From Spirochaetia bacterium (lineage in GTDB: Bacteria; Spirochaetota; Spirochaetia; SZUA-6; Bin103): a stretch of DNA of 64,000 bases. How positions within the stretch are numbered: the first letter of the stretch is position 1; each line of letters begins with the position of its first letter. The stretch is from positions 1,824,001-1,888,000 of the forward strand of contig CBDBDQ010000005.1 in the NCBI GenBank assembly GCA_965203905.1, read 5' to 3'. The notes beneath the pieces are model-generated. The model was not told the DNA's origin and searched no databases. It saw nothing but the letters and a program-made list of their open reading frames with translations. Shown here piece after piece: positions 1-8,787 of this stretch. Both the position numbers and the translations under genes were made by a program.

Positions 1-52
1 CGGATGCCCGCGCGCCGTCGCCGAGGCGGGCTCGCGGCAGGAAGCCCGGCGC

Positions 53-844
53 GTGAGCGGCTCCACCGAGGGCCGGCGCGAGGGCGCCGCGGGCAGCGCC
101 GAAGCCGCGGGAGGCGACCTGCAGGGGCGCGTGGCACTGGTGACGGGCGCCGGCCGCCGGATCGGCCGCGGGGTGGCGCTGGCGCTGGCGGCGCAGGGCG
201 CCCAGGTGGCGGTCCACCATCGCTCGCGGCCGGAGGAGGCGGCCGCGGTAGTGGGGGAGATCGCCGCCGCCGGCGGCAAGGCATTCGCGACGCAGGCGGA
301 GTTGCGCGATCCGGCGGCGGTGCAGGCGATGGTGGCCGGCGTCAGCGCACGGACCGGCAGCCTGGACATCCTGGTCAACAACGTCGGCACCTTCCTGGTG
401 AAGAGCATCGCCGAGGTCACCCCCGCGGAGTGGGAGCAGAGTCTGGCCACCACGGTGACCGTGACCTTCCTCACCTGCCGCGCGGCGCTGCCCGGCATGG
501 TCGAGCGCGGCTACGGGCGCATCGTCAACTTCGCCGACGCCGGCGCCGACCACCTGCGCGCGGCGCCCAACATCACCCCCTACCTGGTCGGCAAGACCGG
601 GGTCCTGATCCTCACCAAGAGCCTCGCCGCGGCCTACGCCCGCCACGGCGTTACCGTCAACGCGGTCTCGCCCGGCATCGTCGACAACTCGGTCACCAAG
701 CCTCCGGGTGCGGAGGAGGCGATTCCCGTCGGCCGCTTCGCCACCATCGACGACATAACCAACGCCGTTCTGTTCCTGCTGCGCGACGCCTCCTCCTACA
801 TCACGGGGGCCAACCTGAAGGTCGGAGGCGGCTGGCACGCCTGA
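53..844 (+). CDS. SDR-family oxidoreductase (FabG/pteridine reductase-like)
   Basis: TGAGRRIG Rossmann motif, LVNNVG, YxxxK (YLVGK), VNAVSPG, ITGANLKVGGG. Confidence 0.9.
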   Translation: MSGSTEGRREGAAGSAEAAGGDLQGRVALVTGAGRRIGRGVALALAAQGAQVAVHHRSRPEEAAAVVGEIAAAGGKAFATQAELRDPAAVQAMVAGVSARTGSLDILVNNVGTFLVKSIAEVTPAEWEQSLATTVTVTFLTCRAALPGMVERGYGRIVNFADAGADHLRAAPNITPYLVGKTGVLILTKSLAAAYARHGVTVNAVSPGIVDNSVTKPPGAEEAIPVGRFATIDDITNAVLFLLRDASSYITGANLKVGGGWHA

Positions 845-849
845 CGCTG

Positions 850-1515
850 ATGGCGGTGCTGTACGTGGTCGCTACCCCCATCGGCAATCTCGGCGACATC
901 ACCGTGCGCGCGCTGGAGATCCTGCGCGCGGTGGACGTGATTGCCTGCGAGGACACGCGCCGCACCCGCACCCTGCTGAATCACTACGGCATCGCCACCC
1001 GCACCGTTGCCTACGGTCATGACGAGACCCGCGCCGGCCGCGTGCTCGGACTGCTGCGCGCCGGGCACGACGTGGCGCTGGTCACCGACGCGGGGACCCC
1101 GGGCGTCTCCGATCCCGGTACCGGCGCCGTGCGGGCCGCCCGCGACGGCGGCTTTCCCGTAGTGCCGGTGCCCGGTGCGTCGGCGCTGACCGCGCTGCTG
1201 AGCGTTTCCGGCGAGAGCGCCCAGGGGGTACGGATGTACGGGTTCTGCTCTCCCAAGCCGGGCCGCCGGCGGGCACAGCTCGGGCGACTGCTGGAGGATG
1301 GCACGCCGTTCATTCTGTTCGAGGGGCCGCACCGGCTGCTGAAGACGCTGCAGGAGTTGCACGCGCAGGCGCCGGAGCGGCGTATCGTGCTCGGCCGCGA
1401 GCTGACCAAGCTGCACGAGGAGGTGGTGGCGGGCACGGCGCAGGTCCTGCTGCGCCAGATGAGCGCGCGGCCACGGGTGGTCGGGGAGCTGGTGCTGCTG
1501 GTCACCGCGGAGTAG
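850..1515 (+). CDS. rsmI: 16S rRNA (cytidine1402-2'-O)-methyltransferase
   Basis: LYVVATPIGNLGDIT, ACEDTR, DAGTPGVSDPG, RELTKLHEE; real start is ATG 850 inside ORF 4..1515. Confidence 0.95.
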   Translation: MAVLYVVATPIGNLGDITVRALEILRAVDVIACEDTRRTRTLLNHYGIATRTVAYGHDETRAGRVLGLLRAGHDVALVTDAGTPGVSDPGTGAVRAARDGGFPVVPVPGASALTALLSVSGESAQGVRMYGFCSPKPGRRRAQLGRLLEDGTPFILFEGPHRLLKTLQELHAQAPERRIVLGRELTKLHEEVVAGTAQVLLRQMSARPRVVGELVLLVTAE

Positions 1516-1659
1516 GCCGCGCGGGCACGGGCGCACGGGAGGCAGGGCTGGGCCGAAAGCTCGCCGGTAGGCGACGGTTTCGGGGCGCTGGCCGCAGCCG
1601 GAAAAGAGAGGGTAGGCGCGTTGTGCGTTTCGGAGTACACTGTGTATCGGAACTTGCGC

Positions 1660-1947
1660 ATGTCGATCGAGAGTGTCGGACCGGTCGATCCGGTCCTCCA
1701 TCACCAACCGGTAGATCGCGCCGCGCCGGCTGCCCGTGCCGAGCATACCGATTCGGTTGAGATTTCCACCGAGGCGAAGGCTGCCGGCGAAGCGTTGCGG
1801 GTCGCTACCGAGATCGCGCTGAGTAGTCCGGACGTGCGCACCGAGCTGATCGCCGAGGCCGCGCGCAAGCTGCAGGATCCCTCCTACGTCAATTCGGAAG
1901 TACTGGACTCTCTCACCGATCGACTCATGGAGTCGTTCGGGGTCTGA
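1660..1947 (+). CDS. flgM: Anti-sigma-28 factor FlgM
   Basis: DSVEISTEAK and PDVRTELIAEAARKLQDPSY FlgM-like C-terminus; size fits; follows rsmI. Confidence 0.75.
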   Translation: MSIESVGPVDPVLHHQPVDRAAPAARAEHTDSVEISTEAKAAGEALRVATEIALSSPDVRTELIAEAARKLQDPSYVNSEVLDSLTDRLMESFGV

Positions 1948-2269
1948 CGGGCGACGCGGCTTCGAAGCGGACACTGCGCCACGAGAGGAACGCCAGGTAG
2001 CGCTGGTCGCGATAGTCCCATAGCCGGACGTGTCGTCCTACCACCATGCGCTCCACGATGGCGCGAATCGTGTCCAGCAGCGCCGCGGGCGGATTGCCGT
2101 CCGCCGCCAGGATGGAGCGCGGCAGCAGGGTCGCCAATTCCCGGTCGGGGACCCGTGCCGAGTACCGTTCACCCTGCGCGTCGCGCACCACCGCACGTAC
2201 CAGCAGTCGCTGATCGACGAGTTGGGCGTCCACTGCCACTACCGACAGGGGTCTGGTTGCCTTTGCCAT
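1925..2269 (-). CDS. Hypothetical protein
   Basis: 114 aa ORF with ATG start and protein-like composition, filling the gap between flgM and the Nif3 gene. Confidence 0.6.
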   Translation of the reverse strand: MAKATRPLSVVAVDAQLVDQRLLVRAVVRDAQGERYSARVPDRELATLLPRSILAADGNPPAALLDTIRAIVERMVVGRHVRLWDYRDQRYLAFLSWRSVRFEAASPVRPRTTP

Positions 2270-2335
2270 ACCTGCTACTACGGGCCGCGGTCGGCTCCCG
2301 CATTTGCGATCTGCGCTATACTAGGTGCGACCAAC

Positions 2336-3118
2336 GTGAGGCTTGACGAATTCGAACAGGTTGTCCACACGCTCCTGCTGGCGGGCCCGGAGAATGCCGG
2401 CGGCGCCCGGGCGGCGCGTGTGGACCCGGCGCTGAACGGCCTGCAGGTGGCACGGGTGAGCACCGAGGTGACGCGCATCGCGTTCGCGGTGGACGCCTGC
2501 CTGGAGACCTTTCAGCGTGCCGGCGACTGGGGGGCGGATCTGCTGTTCGTCCATCACGGCCTGTTCTGGGGCCGCCCGCTCGCCCTCAAGGGCGCACACC
2601 TGGCGCGGGTTCGGCTGCTGCTGGAGCACGACCTGGCGCTGTACGCGATGCACCTGCCGCTGGACTGCCACCCGACGCTGGGCAACAACGCCGGGATGGC
2701 TCAGGCGCTGGATCTGCAGTCGTGCACTCCCTTCGGGGAGTATCGTGGAGCAACGATCGGGTTGCAGGGCAGCCTGCCCGAACCGCGCCCCCTGGCCGAT
2801 GTCGCCGAGACTCTGTTCGGTGGCGAGCGCAACTGTCTTGCGGTGCTGCCCTTCGGACGCGAGCTGATAGAACGGGTGGCGCTGGTATCCGGGGGCGGCA
2901 CCCGCGACCTGGATGCCGCCATCGCCGCGGGCGTGGATCTGTTCGTGACCGGCGACGCGGCCCATGAGAACTACCACGCCGCGCTGGAATCGGGCATCAA
3001 CGTGGTCAGCGGCGGCCACTACCTGTCGGAGGTGTATGGGGTGCGCGCGGTGGCGGAGCGGCTGGCCCGCGACACCGGGATTGCCACCACCCTCATCGAC
3101 GTGCCGACAGGATTGTGA
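2336..3118 (+). CDS. Nif3-like dinuclear metal centre protein
   Basis: NGLQV, DLLFVHHGLFW, HLPLDCHPTLGNN, GGHYLSE; GTG start at 2336. Confidence 0.92.
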   Translation: MRLDEFEQVVHTLLLAGPENAGGARAARVDPALNGLQVARVSTEVTRIAFAVDACLETFQRAGDWGADLLFVHHGLFWGRPLALKGAHLARVRLLLEHDLALYAMHLPLDCHPTLGNNAGMAQALDLQSCTPFGEYRGATIGLQGSLPEPRPLADVAETLFGGERNCLAVLPFGRELIERVALVSGGGTRDLDAAIAAGVDLFVTGDAAHENYHAALESGINVVSGGHYLSEVYGVRAVAERLARDTGIATTLIDVPTGL

Positions 3119-3642
3119 GCTCCCCCATGCGCGAACGGCGCCTGCTGCCGCTGATCATCGCCCCGATCATCGTGCTCGCCGACCAGGTTTCCAAGGCGGT
3201 CTTCGTCTCCATGCTGTCCTACGGGGTGCCGGTGGAGGTGATCGGGGATTTTTTCAGGCTGACCCTGGTGCAGAATCCTGCCATTGCCTTCTCGATCGGA
3301 CATGGGTTGCCGGCGGAGCTGCGGCGACCCCTGTTCCTGGTGCTGCCCCTTGCGGTGGTGGCGATTATTCTCCTCTACTATCTGCGCACCAGCGAGCTGA
3401 CCCAGCTCCAGCGCTGGCTGCTGGCCGTCGTGCTCGGCGGCGGCGTGGCCAATTTCGTGGATCGGGTGTTCCGTCCCGCGGGGGTGGTGGACTTCATCGA
3501 CGTGAAGTTCTACGGCCTGTTCGGGTTGGCGCGCTTCCCCACCTTCAACGTTGCCGACTCGTCGGTGGTGGTGGGCGGCATACTGCTGCTGCTTGCCTTC
3601 CTGCGCGATGAGCTGCGGACCAAGCGGAGGGAACTGCTGTGA
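3115..3642 (+). CDS. lspA: Lipoprotein signal peptidase II
   Basis: DQVSK, NPAIAFS, NFVDR, GVVDFID, FNVADS. Confidence 0.95.
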   Translation: MSSPMRERRLLPLIIAPIIVLADQVSKAVFVSMLSYGVPVEVIGDFFRLTLVQNPAIAFSIGHGLPAELRRPLFLVLPLAVVAIILLYYLRTSELTQLQRWLLAVVLGGGVANFVDRVFRPAGVVDFIDVKFYGLFGLARFPTFNVADSSVVVGGILLLLAFLRDELRTKRRELL

Positions 3643-3911
3643 ACAAGAAAGCCAATACCGCCGTGTTCATCATCGCCGCCACGGTGTTCAACCTGCTGCT
3701 GATGGGGGTGCTGCTGATCGCCTCCTTCGTGGTGGCGTCGAGGCTGTTCGGCGATTCGTCGAGCCCGGCCGCCGGCCTGATCGGCTTCCTGATCATCGGC
3801 GTGCCGATCGTCGTGACCTTCTTCCTCTACGGCGCCGTGATGCGCTGGGTGCAGAAGCGCTGGAACCTGGACCAGTACCTGCACCCCATCTTCCGCCGCC
3901 GCCGCCGCTGA
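3639..3911 (+). CDS. Small membrane protein (2 TM)
   Basis: Two hydrophobic helices; GTGA overlap with lspA. Confidence 0.75.
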   Translation: MNKKANTAVFIIAATVFNLLLMGVLLIASFVVASRLFGDSSSPAAGLIGFLIIGVPIVVTFFLYGAVMRWVQKRWNLDQYLHPIFRRRRR

Positions 3912-3936
3912 GCCTGACCCGCGCGAGGGTGAATCG

Positions 3937-6288
3937 TTGAAGGGCAACGACGCGCAGAGGCCCGGGAACGAGGCCCCGTCCGACCGCATCTCCAGGCTGT
4001 GCGGGGCGATCCTGCGCATCAGCGCGAGTCTCGACCTCAGCACCGTCCTGCACGAGGTCGTGGAAAGCGGCCGCGCGCTGACCGGAGCTCGCTACGGCGT
4101 CATCGTGACCGTTGACGAGGCGGGGGAGGTGCAGGACTTCGTCACCTCCGGGTTCACCGACGAGGAGCACCGGCAGTTCATGGACTGGCCCGACGGGCCG
4201 CGGCTGTTCGAGCACTTCCGCGACCTTGATAAACCGTTGCGGCTGAAAGATCTGCCCGCCTACGTGCGCGCGCTCGGCTATTCTGCGGATCTGATGCACT
4301 CGAACACCTTGCAGGGAACGCCGATGCGTCATCGCGGCGTGCAGGTCGGCAACTTCTTTCTCGCCGAGAAGGAGGGCGCAACGGAGTTCAGCAGCTCGGA
4401 CGAAGAGATCCTGGTGCTGTTCGCGTCACAGGCAGCGACGGCGATTGCCAACGCCCGCACCCACCGCGACGAGCAGCGAGCGCGGGCCGACCTGGAGGCG
4501 CTGGTCGACACCTCCCCGGTCGGCGTCGTGGTGCTGGACGCGAAGACCGGCAAACCGGTGACGCTCAATCGCGAGGCGAGGCGGATCGTAAAGGGGCTGC
4601 GCATGCCGGGCCGCTCCGTGGAGGACCTGCTGGAGGTGGTCACGTGTCGGTTCGCCGACGGACACGAAGTCGCGCTCGGCGAGTTGCCGCTGGCTCAGGC
4701 GCTCAGCAACGCCGAGCCGGCACGCGCGGAGGAGATCCAGCTCTCGGTGCCCGACGGACGGAGCGTCACGATGCTGATCAACGCAACGCCGATCCGTACC
4801 GAGGACGGAACGGTCGAGTCAGTGGTCGTCACCATGCAGGACCTGGCGCCGCTGGAGGAGCTGGAGCGGCAGCGGGCCGAGTTTCTGAGCATGGTAAGCC
4901 ATGAGCTGCGGGCGCCACTGACCTCCATCAAGGGCTCGGCCGCCACCGTGCTGGGCGCCGAGCCGGCGCTCGACCCCGCCGAGATGCGGCAGTTCTTCCG
5001 GATCATCGACCAGCAGGCCGACCACATGCGAGGCCTGATCAGCGACCTGCTGGATGCGGGACGCATCGACACCGGCACGCTTTCGGTGGTCACCGAGCCG
5101 ATGGAGGTCTCCGTTCTGGTTGACCAGGCCCGGAACACGTTTCTCAGCGGCGGCGGCAGGCATCTGCTGCGAATCGATCTTCCCCCTGACCTGCCGCGCG
5201 TAATGGCCGACCAGCGCCGCATCGTGCAGGTTCTGAACAACCTCTTCTCCAACGCGGCGCGGAACTCTGCCGAGTCGTCTCCCATCGAGGTCGGCGCGGA
5301 GCGAGACGGAGCGCACGTCGCGGTTTCGGTGTCCGACCAGGGTCGGGGCGTGGCGCCGCACCTGCTGCCGCAGCTGTTCCGAAAGCATGCCGGTGGCGCC
5401 AGTGGCGATGCGGGATTGAGGGATCGTGGGTACGGCCTGGGGCTTGCCATCTGCAAGGGGCTGGTGGAGGCGCACGGGGGCCGCATTCGGGCCGAGAGCG
5501 CGGGGGCGGGCCGAGGCACGCGCTTCACCTTCACGATTCCGATAGCCGAAGACCCCGCCGGCGCCGCGGCCGGGTCCGCGGGCCATTCCCGCGCGCCTTT
5601 GGACGGTGCGAAGCGGATCCTGGTGGTGGACGACGACCCGCAGACGCTGCGCTACGTTCGTGATGCTCTGGCGGCAGCGGGCTACGCGCCGACCGTGACC
5701 GGCGACCCGGGGGAGGCACGTCACCTGGTCAGGACGAAGCAGCCGCACCTGGTCCTGCTTGACCTGCTGCTGCCGGGCAGCGACGGGATCGAGTTGCTGG
5801 AGACCGTCCCCGAGCTGGCCGACTTGCCGGTCATATTCATCTCCGGCTATGGCAGGGACGAGACCATGGCGCGGGCGTTGGAGAGTGGCGCGGTGGACTA
5901 CATCGTCAAGCCCTTCTCGTCGACGGAGCTTACGGCGAGAGTGCGGGCGGCGCTGCGCCGGCAAGCCGAGCCCGCGCCGTTCCGGTTGAGAGACCTGGCC
6001 ATCGACTACACGCAACGCCGGGTGACCGTGGCCGGGCGTACCGTGTCGCTGACGGTCAAGGAGTACGAGGTGCTGCGCGTGTTGTCGGTCAACGCGGGAC
6101 GGGTCACGACGTTCGACGTGCTGCTGAGGCAGGTGTGGGGCCATGGCGACCTGGGCGGCGGCTCGGAACGGTTGCGTTCCTTCGTGAAGAAGCTGCGACG
6201 CAAGCTGGGCGACGACGCAGGCCGGCCCACCTACATCTTCAGCGAGCGCGGGGTCGGCTACCGCATGGAGAAACCGGGCGAGTCGTAA
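3937..6288 (+). CDS. Hybrid sensor kinase/regulator: GAF-PAS-HisKA-HATPase-REC-OmpR wHTH
   Basis: SHELRAPLTSIKG, NLFSNA, GLGLAICK, ILVVDDD...DLLLP...KPF, C-terminal LRRKL...RGVGYR. Confidence 0.9.
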   Translation: MKGNDAQRPGNEAPSDRISRLCGAILRISASLDLSTVLHEVVESGRALTGARYGVIVTVDEAGEVQDFVTSGFTDEEHRQFMDWPDGPRLFEHFRDLDKPLRLKDLPAYVRALGYSADLMHSNTLQGTPMRHRGVQVGNFFLAEKEGATEFSSSDEEILVLFASQAATAIANARTHRDEQRARADLEALVDTSPVGVVVLDAKTGKPVTLNREARRIVKGLRMPGRSVEDLLEVVTCRFADGHEVALGELPLAQALSNAEPARAEEIQLSVPDGRSVTMLINATPIRTEDGTVESVVVTMQDLAPLEELERQRAEFLSMVSHELRAPLTSIKGSAATVLGAEPALDPAEMRQFFRIIDQQADHMRGLISDLLDAGRIDTGTLSVVTEPMEVSVLVDQARNTFLSGGGRHLLRIDLPPDLPRVMADQRRIVQVLNNLFSNAARNSAESSPIEVGAERDGAHVAVSVSDQGRGVAPHLLPQLFRKHAGGASGDAGLRDRGYGLGLAICKGLVEAHGGRIRAESAGAGRGTRFTFTIPIAEDPAGAAAGSAGHSRAPLDGAKRILVVDDDPQTLRYVRDALAAAGYAPTVTGDPGEARHLVRTKQPHLVLLDLLLPGSDGIELLETVPELADLPVIFISGYGRDETMARALESGAVDYIVKPFSSTELTARVRAALRRQAEPAPFRLRDLAIDYTQRRVTVAGRTVSLTVKEYEVLRVLSVNAGRVTTFDVLLRQVWGHGDLGGGSERLRSFVKKLRRKLGDDAGRPTYIFSERGVGYRMEKPGES

Positions 6289-6289
6289 G

Positions 6290-7135
6290 GTAATCCAACC
6301 GACTCACGCGCGGACCTGCCTTTATCCGGATCGTGAACAAAGGATAAAAAAAGTGCCACATATTGTGTTTTTCTCATGAGTTTGCGCATGTGTCGGTACG
6401 AACTTCGGAACCTTCTGTCGAAACTGTAGTTACTGCAGGATCCATGTGATCCGAAGGCCAAATGGCAACTGTCGCCGGGTGTAGCGAGAGATCCAACGAG
6501 CCAACGGGAACTGTCCAGCCTGGCGTCATTTCAATGGGTTCAGTGGGTGCGGTGCAACACGCATTTGCGACACGGTCACGTTGCACCGCGCCCACTTTCT
6601 TGTGAAGCGTTGCCATACCCGCCTGAGGGCTCTGGGCATGAGATCATCTGTGCCTGGAACGTACCGCGGCTGCGGTTCACCAGCACAACCATCGCCGGAG
6701 CGTTGTACTGTTTATTCACAGTAAAGTCACTGTTAATGCCCGAACAGTCACGCCAATTCCATGGAAGTCCACTATGTTGCCCTGGTATGCTGGTTCCGAG
6801 AAGTAGCTCCGACGCCGAACTATGAAGGAGCAAATACGGGCCGCTGGGTGTACCCTTCTCTGCCATGCGCAGATCCACTGGTGTACTGTCCAACCCGGCG
6901 GCCCGTTTAATTTTGGGGCGGACGTGGTCTGTCGTACAAGTGCAGCGGGTTTCGAGCGTTCGTAGACTTGACTTCGGGTAGACAATATTTCGCAGAACCG
7001 CAAATACGAGATGTACCTACCCTGTCGCGATAAGCTCGCCCGGGTTCTTGTTGCTCCAACCTGAACCAAATGATTTGTGCTTCATTCAAAGCCTCCATCT
7101 CGGTGGTACGGTTCGTCTTCATTCTTGCACTCCAG
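6290..7135 (+). other. Lower-GC non-coding region with several long hairpins (candidate structured RNA)
   Basis: No ORF with recognisable product; 17-bp stem 6542-6558/6580-6596 and 14-bp stem 6836-6849/6893-6906, each with one G-U pair on the + strand. Confidence 0.4.
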
Positions 7136-7143
7136 GAGGAGGA

Positions 7144-7275
7144 ATGATTCACACCCTACCCAGAACCATCCTCGGGGGGCTGGTCGTCGCCCTGGTAGTA
7201 GGCGCGTGCACGCAGGGACCGGGGGAGCCGCAATCGCCGGCGGCGTTCCAGGCGCTCCTGGAGAAGCAGTCATGA
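7144..7275 (+). CDS. 43-aa putative lipoprotein
   Basis: Strong RBS AGGAGGAGG; MIHTLPRTILGGLVVALVVGAC signal peptide with lipobox-like VGAC. Confidence 0.6.
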   Translation: MIHTLPRTILGGLVVALVVGACTQGPGEPQSPAAFQALLEKQS

Positions 7276-7376
7276 CCGGGCGGCGGCGGATAGTACGCTC
7301 GATCCTGATAGGCCTTTTGGTGCTGGGGCTGGTGTTCGGCATCTACATGATGTTCTTTCATCCGCCGCCCGCATAA
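7272..7376 (+). CDS. 34-aa single-TM membrane peptide
   Basis: ATGA coupling to upstream ORF; MTGRRRIVRSILIGLLVLGLVFGIYMMFFHPPPA. Confidence 0.55.
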   Translation: MTGRRRIVRSILIGLLVLGLVFGIYMMFFHPPPA

Positions 7377-7468
7377 CCAGGGCCGCCGACAACGACGGAG
7401 TCGCTGTGGGGAGGCGATCACTGGCATCTTCCACCTTCCCGAGGCGACCCCGCTTCCTTTGCCACTCA

Positions 7469-7522
7469 GGGGGCGGCGGGCACTTCGATGGGTTCGAACG
7501 ACACCCCGCCGCCCCCGCTTTT
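7469..7522 (+). terminator. Intrinsic terminator-like hairpin
   Basis: GGGGGCGGCGGG...CCCGCCGCCCCC stem followed by GCTTTT. Confidence 0.55.
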
Positions 7523-7709
7523 GAGGCAGTGACCGGCTGGCAGGCAGGCGAGTGATCACTGCAGGCCTTCAGGTGGCGCGTGGCAGAAGACACCAGCGGC
7601 GTGCGCTTGCCCAGCAGCCGATGGGTCATATTGACCCTGCTGCCGGTTGTCGTCAACTCCTGAGCGGCGAACACCACTCCGAAACGCCCGTCGAGTGGGA
7701 GATTCGGAG

Positions 7710-8462
7710 ATGATGGCTGAGAGCGCCGACGGATTGGGCAACCCACGCTGGGTGAACGCGCTCTTCAGCAACACGAACTGGGCCTGGCTCTGGCTCATGG
7801 CGCGTGTTTGGCTTGGTGTCCATTGGCTGGAAGCGGGATGGCACAAGGCACGCGAAGTCGCCTGGGTAGGTGGTGGGATGGCAGTCAAGGGTTATTGGGA
7901 GCGAGTCGTGGTCATCCCAGAGCAGGGCCGTCCCCCTATCGCCTATGACTGGTATCGCGAGTTCCTCGAATTCCTGCTCCGTAACGAGCTACATGATGTC
8001 TTTGGAGTGTTGGTGGCCTACGGCGAAGTGCTGGTCGGTGTTGCGCTGATCGTGGGCGTGTTTACCGGCTTCGCGGCCTTCTTTGGCGCCGTGATGAACT
8101 GGAGCTTCATGCTGGCCGGAACCGCCAGCACCAACCCGGTCCTCGGGATTGTTGCCGTCGGTATCATCGTCGCCTGGAAGACCGCCGGATGGTGGGGTGC
8201 GGACCGGATCATCCTGCCCTTGGTGGGGGTGCCATGGAATCGCGGCACCCGGTTTGCGGGTAGTCGCGTAACGGTATTGGGCGAGACAGGAGCGGGAACG
8301 GGCTGGCAGGTAGAGCAGTGGGCGCGGATGCTCGTGGCAACTGGCGTCGCTGTCTTCGCCCTTGCGCGGCTCGACGGTGTGCTCCAGATCGGTGCGTTCG
8401 TGCTCGCGACACTGTTGGCAGCGCTCACCGGGACAGGCGTGCGCTTCTTCTCGAAGCGATAG
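7710..8462 (+). CDS. DoxX/DoxD-family (TQO small subunit-like) membrane protein
   Basis: RVWLGVHWLEAGWHK, GEVLVGVALIVG, MNWSFMLAGTASTNP, AGWWGADR. Confidence 0.85.
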   Translation: MMAESADGLGNPRWVNALFSNTNWAWLWLMARVWLGVHWLEAGWHKAREVAWVGGGMAVKGYWERVVVIPEQGRPPIAYDWYREFLEFLLRNELHDVFGVLVAYGEVLVGVALIVGVFTGFAAFFGAVMNWSFMLAGTASTNPVLGIVAVGIIVAWKTAGWWGADRIILPLVGVPWNRGTRFAGSRVTVLGETGAGTGWQVEQWARMLVATGVAVFALARLDGVLQIGAFVLATLLAALTGTGVRFFSKR

Positions 8463-8648
8463 ACGGTGTTCCTGTCGCCCCGCAAGCCGTGCGGCGCGGA
8501 GGCAACGGTGCAGGCCAACAATGACGGACTGCCCACAGTGGGCACACCAGCGCAGAGTGGATCCCGGCCGGGAACGCGCGCAAGGGTTAGGCCGGCCACG
8601 AGTTAGTCCGTACGGTCAGCCATCGGTCCCGCCGATGAACGCTGTTTG

Positions 8649-8722
8649 TGGAGGCGACGGGAATCGAACCCACGACCTCGTGAATGCCATTCACGCGCTC
8701 TAGCCAACTGAGCTACGCCCCC
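8649..8722 (-). tRNA. tRNA-Ala(GGC)
   Basis: Cloverleaf GGGGGCGTAGCTCAG...TGGCAT...GGTTCGATTCC...CGCCTCCA; G3:U70; CCA not encoded. Confidence 0.97.
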
Positions 8723-8787
8723 GGGAGGTCTGGTACGCCACAATATACTCCTGCGGCAGGGTTGCGTCGAGAGCGACCGGCAGTCCG

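Noticed and set aside
7088-7116. AAGCC...TACGGTTC resembling group II intron domain V, with GTGCG at 6547
   Set aside because: Stem is short and irregular, with no convincing domain VI or RT ORF; left only as an Infernal test
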